The notes beneath the pieces were generated by a model. That model did no database searches, was not told the origin of the DNA, and saw only the letters and a program-made list of their open reading frames with translations. The translations under genes were made by a program, and so were the position numbers. 64,000 nucleotides of DNA from a bacterium (GTDB lineage Bacteria; Elusimicrobiota; Elusimicrobia; UBA1565; UBA9628): assembly GCA_021799485.1 (NCBI GenBank), contig JAJZAK010000001.1, forward strand, positions 34,458 to 98,457, in the 5' to 3' direction. Positions 57,254 through 64,000 of the stretch are shown here, piece by piece (positions within the stretch are counted from its first letter, which is position 1; each line of letters starts with the position of its first letter).

Positions 57254-58543
57254 GTGGCTTGGCTCCTCAAGGCCGTCGCGGCGGCCACCGGGGTGTTCTC
57301 GGCTTTTTTCTTTCTCGCCTCGTTGGCCTTGCTCCGCCGCCGCTTCGCGAAAAGCAAAGGCAAGGGGGGTCCGGCTTTCGGTTTTTTCGAAACAGAATCC
57401 GCAAAATCCAAAAAAATCGAAAACCGGACCCCCCAAGACCTGCCTCCCGTCACAATCCTCAAACCCTTGCGCGGGACGGACCCGGACCTGGATGAAAATC
57501 TCGAGAGCTTCTGCCGCCAGGACTACCCCTCCTTCCAGATCGTCCTAACCGCGCAGGACCCCGACGACCCCGCCCTCCCCGCCGCGCGGCGGCTGCAAAA
57601 AAAATTCCCCGACATACCCATTGACGTCACGGTCGGCTCCAGGCCTCTCGGGAACAATCCCAAGATCAACAACTTGGCCGGCGGAGTTCCGCTCGCTCGC
57701 CACGATCTCTGGCTTATCTCGGACTCCGACGTCAAGGTGGACGAGGGCTTTTTAAAAAACGCCGTGATCAAGCTTCGCCGCGAAAAGCTCTCGTTGGTAT
57801 CGGCGTTTTATCTCTCGACGGGGGCCTCGACGGCGTGGGAGCGGCTCGAGGGCCTTCTCCTCAACGCCCATTTCACGCCCGCGGCGGTCGTCGGCGCGGC
57901 GCTCGGCAAGCCCTTCGCCATGGGGGCCGCGATGCTGGTCGACAGGCCCGCCCTGGAGCGCGTCGGCGGCTTGGGCGCCATCGCCGACTATCTCGCGGAC
58001 GACTACCGGCTCGCCCTGGAAATCGCGCGGGCGCGCGGGCGCGTTGGATTCGCGGACGAGCTCGTCAAAACCCGAAACGCCTGCCCGACCCTCGCGCATT
58101 ACTGGATCCGGGAGAGCCGGTATTTTGGCACCCTTCGAGTATGCGACCCGGCCGGGTACGCGGGATTGCTTTTTCTCCAGGGTTTTTCCATCCTCTCTCT
58201 GCGGATCGCCTTCTTCGGGCCCGACCCCGTCAGCCTCTGTCTCGCGGCCGCCATTCTCGCCTCAAGGGCGGCTTTTTTATCCGCCATCCTGGGCCTCGGC
58301 TCCGGCCGACGGCCTTCATGGAGAGACTACCTCCTTCTGCCCGTCGGCGAATGGTCGTCATTCGGGCTTTGGATTGCCGGCTTCTTCGCCCGCTCGGTCT
58401 CATGGCGCGGCCGGCGTTATAAGATCGTCCGGGGTGGGCGCCTGGAGCCAGTCAAGGAGGCGGCCGGAACGAAAACGGATGGAACGTTCGCGTCTTCCGG
58501 CTTCTCGCTTCCTCCTTCGAGCTCCAAGACAGCCGCCGCATGA
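57254..58543 (+). CDS. hpnI: Bacteriohopanetetrol glucosaminyltransferase HpnI (ceramide glucosyltransferase-like)
   Basis: ILKPLRG, SFCRQDYP, NPKINNL, SDSD, LADDY; next to hpnJ. Confidence 0.88.
   Translation: MAWLLKAVAAATGVFSAFFFLASLALLRRRFAKSKGKGGPAFGFFETESAKSKKIENRTPQDLPPVTILKPLRGTDPDLDENLESFCRQDYPSFQIVLTAQDPDDPALPAARRLQKKFPDIPIDVTVGSRPLGNNPKINNLAGGVPLARHDLWLISDSDVKVDEGFLKNAVIKLRREKLSLVSAFYLSTGASTAWERLEGLLLNAHFTPAAVVGAALGKPFAMGAAMLVDRPALERVGGLGAIADYLADDYRLALEIARARGRVGFADELVKTRNACPTLAHYWIRESRYFGTLRVCDPAGYAGLLFLQGFSILSLRIAFFGPDPVSLCLAAAILASRAAFLSAILGLGSGRRPSWRDYLLLPVGEWSSFGLWIAGFFARSVSWRGRRYKIVRGGRLEPVKEAAGTKTDGTFASSGFSLPPSSSKTAAA
57364..57434. repeat. Inverted repeat (22/24) embedded in frame in hpnI
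   Basis: ggggggtccggctttcggtttttt (57364-87) vs aaaaaatcgaaaaccggacccccc (57411-34), 23-nt loop. Confidence 0.8.
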
Positions 58544-59532
58544 AGATTTTCGAGCGAATCGTCCTCATCGCAGGCTTCGCGACGCTGGCGGCTCTCGTCA
58601 TCAAGCTCAATCCATCGGTCGTCGCCCACGATATCATGACGGTCGGATGGGGTTTTCTCCTCATCCTCCCGTTCCCGGTCTTCGACAACATCTTCAATTC
58701 GATCGCCTGGCGTTTCTCGTTTTCAAGGCACGAGGCCAAAGGGCTTCCCTTTCTCGCGCTTTTTAGGGGCCGCGTGGCCGGAGACGGGGTGAATTACTTG
58801 ACCCCGAGCGGGACCATCGCCGGCGAATTCGTCCGTCCCGGCATGCTGGGCGACATCCGAACCGCCGAGGTCAAAAACGCGAGCGTCATCGTGGCGAAGC
58901 TCTCGCAGAGCCTCGCGCAGGCGCTATTCATCCTCATCGGCCTTTTTTTCGTCATCGACGGCCCGCTGCATTTCTTAAACGGCCGGTCGAGGCATCTGGC
59001 GACGGGGTGGGCCCTGCTCGTCGGGACGATCATCCTGGGCTCCGTCGCCTTCCTCGCCATGAAGCCGGCGCCCGGGAAACGCCCGTGGCAGGCGCAGGGG
59101 CGCTTCGCGGCCTTGCGCGCCGTCATCCGCGGATACCTTCTCGATCATCCCGTGCGCTTGACGGCGTCGATCCTCTTTTTCGGCTTGGGCTATCTCTGGG
59201 GCGCCGCCGAGGTCCTTCTCATCACCCGCTTCATGGGCCTGTCTCTTCCCCTTGAGACCGCCCTGGCCGTCGAGGTCCTCTCCAATATCCTCGACTCCCT
59301 CATGTTCATGGTCCCGGCGAAGGTGGGCACTCAGGAAGCCGGGAAAACGGCCATCTTCTATTGGCTGGGCTATCCCGCGAGCCAGGGCTTGGCCTTCGGG
59401 CTCATCCGGCACCTGCGGGAGATCCTCTGGGCCGCCGCGGGGTTTCTGCTCTACGCCGTCAACCGCCGCTCGCTCCCTTCGGCCGCGGCTCCTCCACGAG
59501 CTCTATCCGAGCTGTTGCGAGAGCCTCTTTGA
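58540..59532 (+). CDS. HpnL-like / lysylphosphatidylglycerol-synthase TM-domain protein
   Basis: Multi-TM; NYLTPSGTIAGE, VPAKVGTQE; in hpn cluster. Confidence 0.75.
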   Translation: MKIFERIVLIAGFATLAALVIKLNPSVVAHDIMTVGWGFLLILPFPVFDNIFNSIAWRFSFSRHEAKGLPFLALFRGRVAGDGVNYLTPSGTIAGEFVRPGMLGDIRTAEVKNASVIVAKLSQSLAQALFILIGLFFVIDGPLHFLNGRSRHLATGWALLVGTIILGSVAFLAMKPAPGKRPWQAQGRFAALRAVIRGYLLDHPVRLTASILFFGLGYLWGAAEVLLITRFMGLSLPLETALAVEVLSNILDSLMFMVPAKVGTQEAGKTAIFYWLGYPASQGLAFGLIRHLREILWAAAGFLLYAVNRRSLPSAAAPPRALSELLREPL

Positions 59533-60274
59533 CGCGGGGGCTGCGCAGGCACTGGAACTCCTCGTAAGAATGGTGGCTGCTCGTGGGCCGGCCGCGTCCG
59601 CTCGCATCCCTGTCCGAAGGCTCGGCGCTTGGGTGGAAGTACATCTCGGAGAGTCCCTGGGGAAGCCTCGAAAGAAGGTGAACGACGTAATCCTCGCTCA
59701 TGAGTCCCGAGCGCATCAGCCCCCACGTCCTTTCGGGGAGCAGGACTCCGTGCGTTTTCCTGCGCAGATAACGCCCCAAGGCCTCATAGGTCGCCGCCAA
59801 GGCCGCCCGTCCCGCGGCTCCCGTTTTTTCATACCCCCGCCAGGCACGCCACTCCCCGTTCGGCAGCCTCGTGCGCGGGATGCCGTACTCCCTCGCGAGC
59901 CTCGTGAGAACGGGAAAGATCGTGGGATGGGCGTGGAGATGGAAATGGCCGTCGATATGCGTGGGCTTGAGTCCCATCGCCAGGAACTTCTCGATCTGGG
60001 CTCTCATGAGCGGCTCGACGGCGCGACGGCCCGAGGGGAGGCCGAAATAACGGATTCCCCACAGGGCGGGATTCTCCCGGCACAGCTCGACGTGGATGCC
60101 GACGCCCAGGCCCGGGTTTTTCTTGGCGATCGCCGCCGCTTCGTCGGCGTAAGGGCCGTCGACCATCAGGCTCGCATAGCGGAGTATTCCCTCGCGGTAG
60201 CCTCGCAGGACCGCCTCGTTTAAGCCCCGGGTCAGGCCGAAATCATCCGCCGTGACGATGAGACGCTTGGCCAT
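59459..60274 (-). CDS. hpnK: HpnK (ChbG/YdjC-family deacetylase)
   Basis: IVTADDFG, ASLMV, THIDGHFHLHAHP, EMYFHP. Confidence 0.85.
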   Translation of the reverse strand: MAKRLIVTADDFGLTRGLNEAVLRGYREGILRYASLMVDGPYADEAAAIAKKNPGLGVGIHVELCRENPALWGIRYFGLPSGRRAVEPLMRAQIEKFLAMGLKPTHIDGHFHLHAHPTIFPVLTRLAREYGIPRTRLPNGEWRAWRGYEKTGAAGRAALAATYEALGRYLRRKTHGVLLPERTWGLMRSGLMSEDYVVHLLSRLPQGLSEMYFHPSAEPSDRDASGRGRPTSSHHSYEEFQCLRSPRVKEALATARIELVEEPRPKGASGG

Positions 60275-60291
60275 GGGCTCAGTCGCCGGGC

Positions 60292-60759
60292 TTAATCCGG
60301 CCTGCTGACAATTTGAAGCTCGCAACTCTGGCACGTTGAATTGGATGGGGAACACTTTTGTTGGACGGTCACCGGCGCCCCCAGCGGGTCCTCCGGATTA
60401 TTGCAGATCACCTGGCAAGCGCAATTAGGAGGCATGGCGCTTCCCGCGGCGCCGGCAGACACGGTCGCTTGCGGGGTGGTGCCGCATTGCGCGCACGGCC
60501 AGCCCTGGATATTGGGACAGGCATCGGCGCAGGAGGGCGACTGGGCATTCAACTGATAGGGGACCCAGGCCGTGTCCAAGACCGCGTAGATGCTTTCGCT
60601 CATCGTCCTGCCCGTCTCCGAGTTCTGCTGCCTCATGCCCAACGTGTAGCGGGCCAAAAAAAGCTGGGATAGAAAGGCCGCGATCACCGCGACAACGATG
60701 CTGACAACGAGGACGTAGAGGAGGACGGAACCATCGCGGTTCCTCAATTGGGATCGCAT
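60292..60759 (-). CDS. PilX-like minor pilin, Cys-rich
   Basis: RDG|SVLLYVLVVSIVV (no Glu5), 10 Cys. Confidence 0.7.
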   Translation of the reverse strand: MRSQLRNRDGSVLLYVLVVSIVVAVIAAFLSQLFLARYTLGMRQQNSETGRTMSESIYAVLDTAWVPYQLNAQSPSCADACPNIQGWPCAQCGTTPQATVSAGAAGSAMPPNCACQVICNNPEDPLGAPVTVQQKCSPSNSTCQSCELQIVSRPD

Positions 60760-61430
60760 TATCCGCCCCCCAGATTGATCGGGAAGGCCGTCGTCACCAT
60801 CAAGTCGCTCGGGATGACCCCCTCCGTGCCCGCTTTGGTGCCGACGCAAAAATTGGCCTCGATTTGGGCGAGCGGCATGTTGACGACGAAGTTGGGACGC
60901 CCCTCCCCGGTAGGATAGCATGTGAGAGCGGCCGACCCCACCGGCGGGGCGGCGAAAAAGCTGCCGGCGGACAGAATTTGAGTGGGATCGCTGCCAGTGC
61001 AAGGGCAGTGGCCGCCATTCCCGATGGTAGCGCTGTAGCGGGTGCCCCATAGATTATTATCCCCATCCACCCAGTAATGAAAACAAACGATCATATCGTT
61101 CGGGTTATTGCTCAACGGCCCCGCCACGTCGATGCCGTTGACGGAGAGCGAGTTCGGCGTATAGGAGCTCGGCGCGGACCAGTTATCGCAGCCGCCGATG
61201 CTGGTCGAATTGTTCGTCTGGCTGGCGTCGATGGAGGTGGCGTTTCGGAAATCGCTCAGCATCGTCTCGATGTTGAGCGCGGTCATTCCGCTGACTCTCG
61301 CCTGTCTAGATCCCTTGAGCTGATACTGCACCATCGTGCTCATGAGCATCAGAGCCGCCGACATGACGACGGTGACCAGGAGAATACCGACAATAAGCTC
61401 AATAAGGGTGAATCCACGTTGGCTTTTCAT
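60759..61430 (-). CDS. PilW-like minor pilin
   Basis: MKSQRG|FTLIEL prepilin motif. Confidence 0.85.
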   Translation of the reverse strand: MKSQRGFTLIELIVGILLVTVVMSAALMLMSTMVQYQLKGSRQARVSGMTALNIETMLSDFRNATSIDASQTNNSTSIGGCDNWSAPSSYTPNSLSVNGIDVAGPLSNNPNDMIVCFHYWVDGDNNLWGTRYSATIGNGGHCPCTGSDPTQILSAGSFFAAPPVGSAALTCYPTGEGRPNFVVNMPLAQIEANFCVGTKAGTEGVIPSDLMVTTAFPINLGGG

Positions 61431-61972
61431 GGACACATTTGCGAGCAAGACGGCACGACACAACCTGGCTGACCGGGAGGGCACCAGGACATAGTAATCG
61501 TGACGGAGCTGATTTGGGCTCCAGGGGGCCCAATAGCCGGGCCCACGCAATAGCACATGTTGGCGCGGCTCCCAGCGGAGGCCAATTGGGGCGGAAGATA
61601 GCTGTTGGCTTGATGATAGCCTTGGCTTAAAGCATACCCGCTATTGGGCCCCGTATCACCCGGAAACTGCCATCCCGAATTGCCGGGGGGACATAAGGGA
61701 TTCTGGGGATTCGACGCGTTGCAACCGCCGCAGCCGGGCGCGGCGAAATTCATGTTATTGACGAAAGAACAGTCCTGCGTCGGGGTCACGTATCTCCTCA
61801 GCTGATCCGCGAGGCCTCGCACCGCGTCGCTTCCGACAAGCGTATTATTGGCGATCGGGCCGCTCTGCTTGACCGACAAGACGACGCTGATGACCCCCAT
61901 GGCGATGATGCTGGTCAAGAGGATCGAGACCAGGATTTCCGCGAGCGAAAAGCCCCTTTCCCCGAGTTTCAT
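61427..61972 (-). CDS. PilV-like minor pilin, Cys-rich
   Basis: ERG|FSLAEIL prepilin motif, 10 Cys. Confidence 0.85.
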   Translation of the reverse strand: MKLGERGFSLAEILVSILLTSIIAMGVISVVLSVKQSGPIANNTLVGSDAVRGLADQLRRYVTPTQDCSFVNNMNFAAPGCGGCNASNPQNPLCPPGNSGWQFPGDTGPNSGYALSQGYHQANSYLPPQLASAGSRANMCYCVGPAIGPPGAQISSVTITMSWCPPGQPGCVVPSCSQMCP

Positions 61973-61973
61973 C

Positions 61974-62621
61974 TTATTCGCATCCCGCTCCCGCCTGGGC
62001 GCAGTAAGTCACGCCGCCGTTGAAGGACCCGCTCGCGGGCGCCCCGCCGAAAGGGCAGACGCAGCCCAGTTGGACGTATTCGTAGGCCCAACTCGCGAAA
62101 GGCTTGTCGTTGGTCCCCAGGTTCGTCATCAAGTCCGGGTCGGCGCAGTTCCCGGGCGGATTAGGCTGGCGCGCGGCATAGGCATAGCCGGGCCGCGGCG
62201 CTCCGTTCGGCGTGCTTGGAGCCCCCAGAGGGTCGCCGATGGAATAGAGATACGGCAGACAGTTGAAATCCTGGACGCTTAAATAGCCGCAGGCGACGAT
62301 CTGGCAGGGATCGGCCGCGCTGCCATTATTGAAGATGTAACGGGTGGAGCAACTTATGCCGCCGTCGTCGCAGCATTCCGTATTGCAGCTTGAAGTCAGA
62401 TTGCTGGCGGTAAAAGACGTCACGTTTGGATGATCCACCAAATACATCCTGACGGCGGCTCCGATCATGGCGGTCATGCTCGATGCGTGATCGGCCTTCG
62501 CCACCTCGACGTTCTTGTAATACTGGGCGACGCCCATGGAGGCCAGTATTCCCACGATCACGAGGACAACCAGGATTTCCACGAGGGTGAAACCTCTCCT
62601 CGACGCCGGGCTCGCGATCAT
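61974..62621 (-). CDS. Type IV pilin (PilE-like), Cys-rich
   Basis: RRG|FTLVEIL...QY; 12 Cys. Confidence 0.9.
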   Translation of the reverse strand: MIASPASRRGFTLVEILVVLVIVGILASMGVAQYYKNVEVAKADHASSMTAMIGAAVRMYLVDHPNVTSFTASNLTSSCNTECCDDGGISCSTRYIFNNGSAADPCQIVACGYLSVQDFNCLPYLYSIGDPLGAPSTPNGAPRPGYAYAARQPNPPGNCADPDLMTNLGTNDKPFASWAYEYVQLGCVCPFGGAPASGSFNGGVTYCAQAGAGCE

Positions 62622-62624
62622 GGC

Positions 62625-63326
62625 TTATTGACAACCCGCCGGACAGCCGGCGTAATTATTCTGGCTCGCGTAGAGACCTTGGCCGCCCGCAACGATGCCG
62701 GGCGGCGGCGCTCCATTCGCCCCCCCATTGGGATTCGGGCATAGACAGCCGTCGCCGTTTGTGGGCGCGGCGGCCATCACATAATAGCCCCACCCTTTAT
62801 AGGGCGTCGAATTGCTTTCCGCGGAAGGCGATTGGCATACGCCCCCTCCTCCCGGGGTCTGCCTCTGGGCGCAGGCGTAGGCCGAAACCCCCGAACAAGG
62901 CAGGCTGCCGGCGCCGTTGCCGACATAGTACAGGTAAGGCTGGCAGTCGAAGTCGTGCATGGTGATGTAGCCGCAGGCGACCAACTGGCAAGGATCGGCG
63001 TTGGGGGGGGCCGTATTTCCGGGATTATGGCACAAGTTGTTGCCGTCGTAGCAGCATTGCGCGGCGCAGGCGTTGTTCAACGGGCCATTGCCTTGAAACC
63101 CGGTCATCATGGGGAAATCGGCTAAATAGGATCGCACCGCGCCGGCCAATATCGATGTGCGGGCCGCGGCGGCATTGGCCTTGGCTACCTCGACCGACTT
63201 CAAGTATTGGGGGATGGCAATGGCGACCAGGATCCCGAGAATGAGCACCGTGACCATAAGCTCGACCAAGGTAAAGCCGGCATGATTGCCTCCCGGCGGC
63301 TTCCCTTCCCCACCGAAGCATTTCAT
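62625..63326 (-). CDS. Type IV pilin (PilE-like), Cys-rich
   Basis: HAG|FTLVELM...IPQY; 14 Cys in the mature part. Confidence 0.9.
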   Translation of the reverse strand: MKCFGGEGKPPGGNHAGFTLVELMVTVLILGILVAIAIPQYLKSVEVAKANAAAARTSILAGAVRSYLADFPMMTGFQGNGPLNNACAAQCCYDGNNLCHNPGNTAPPNADPCQLVACGYITMHDFDCQPYLYYVGNGAGSLPCSGVSAYACAQRQTPGGGGVCQSPSAESNSTPYKGWGYYVMAAAPTNGDGCLCPNPNGGANGAPPPGIVAGGQGLYASQNNYAGCPAGCQ

Positions 63327-63365
63327 GGCGTTCTAACGGCTTGCGCCTCCTTTCGGTTCATGACT

Positions 63366-64000
63366 TCAATGAGAGCTCATGGTCGCGAGCTTAAAGATCG
63401 GAAGATAGATGGCCAGCACGACGATCGCCACGAGGACGCCGATCGAAACGACGGCCAGCGGCTCGACGAGCGTTGTGAACCTCAAGATGAACTGAGTGAT
63501 GCGCCGCTGGAAGAACAGGGCGAGAGTCTTGAGCATCTCGGGCAACTTGCCGGATTCCTCCCCCATGAACATCATCTCGATCACGAGCGGCGGCAGAACG
63601 CCGCCGCGACGGAACGCTCCGGAGATGGATTTCCCACTGGCGACGTCTTCCTTGACGTTCTTGAGCATGCGGTGGAAGATGATGTTCTTGGCGAAGAGGC
63701 CCTCGAGGACTGCGAGGGCATTGAGGATGCTGACGCCGCTCTCGATGAGCGTCGACAGCGTCGAAAGGAGGCGCTCGACGAAGATGTTGGTGAAAAAGGC
63801 GCCGAACACCGGCATCTCGAGAATCATCCGCCATTTGGCGACTTGGCCCGCCTCGGTCACGGCATAGGCGCTCCAGCCGAGCCAGCCCGTGATCGCGGCG
63901 ATCACGATGAACATCCAGTCGTGAACGATGAACTCCGAAACGGCGATCACCATCTTCGTCAGGAGAGGCAGCTCCATGTGGAACTCTTTAAAAATCTCCG
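63366..64000 (-). CDS. pilC: Type IV pilus / T2SS platform protein (5' end outside window)
   Basis: ELPLLT, LSTLIESGV, GEESGKL, VEP...AIYLPIF. Confidence 0.9.
   Translation of the reverse strand, partial: EIFKEFHMELPLLTKMVIAVSEFIVHDWMFIVIAAITGWLGWSAYAVTEAGQVAKWRMILEMPVFGAFFTNIFVERLLSTLSTLIESGVSILNALAVLEGLFAKNIIFHRMLKNVKEDVASGKSISGAFRRGGVLPPLVIEMMFMGEESGKLPEMLKTLALFFQRRITQFILRFTTLVEPLAVVSIGVLVAIVVLAIYLPIFKLATMSSH

Noticed and set aside
60292-63326. Diversity-generating retroelement or pilin cassette recombination system
   Set aside because: No reverse transcriptase, recombinase or near-identical template/variable repeat pair seen
1-64000. Many long overlapping ORFs (e.g. 13031-14083, 18421-19872, 24256-25626, 32541-33842, 55778-57136)
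   Set aside because: Shadow or alternate frames of clear genes in high-GC DNA; Arg/Pro/Gly-rich with no motifs

Overview
High-GC bacterial chromosomal window, probably Elusimicrobiota (inferred from the PorV/PorQ-type barrel, Cys-rich pilins and LPS/Lpt genes). Mostly housekeeping: def-fmt-PASTA-rpe, rpsP-khpA-trmD-rplS-rnhB-yraN (no rimM), split transketolase, punA-pdp-upp, tRNA-His, tmRNA, homogentisate catabolism, an LPS core/lpxK/pyrG/kdsA/lptCAB operon, uvrA, hopanoid-modification genes hpnJ/I/L-like/K and a type IV pilin cluster. No transposase, integrase or CRISPR array was seen. The most unusual content is non-coding. (1) Two MITE-like elements (15938-16200, 46000-46221) have unrelated terminal repeats and target duplications but share an internal architecture: a 96-nt self-pairing arm with a conserved CAAGGCGCGA...GAGCAACGC core, a CCCGCAGCGGG centre and an inverted second arm. 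(2) Two related REP-doublet-like palindromes are translated as part of proteins (waaF/GT2 junction, inside hpnI). (3) Two head-to-head arrays of 10-bp periodic repeats sit at gene junctions. Also notable: apparently widespread leaderless genes, a ChpT-like pseudokinase and a candidate inositol/aminocyclitol lipid cluster.
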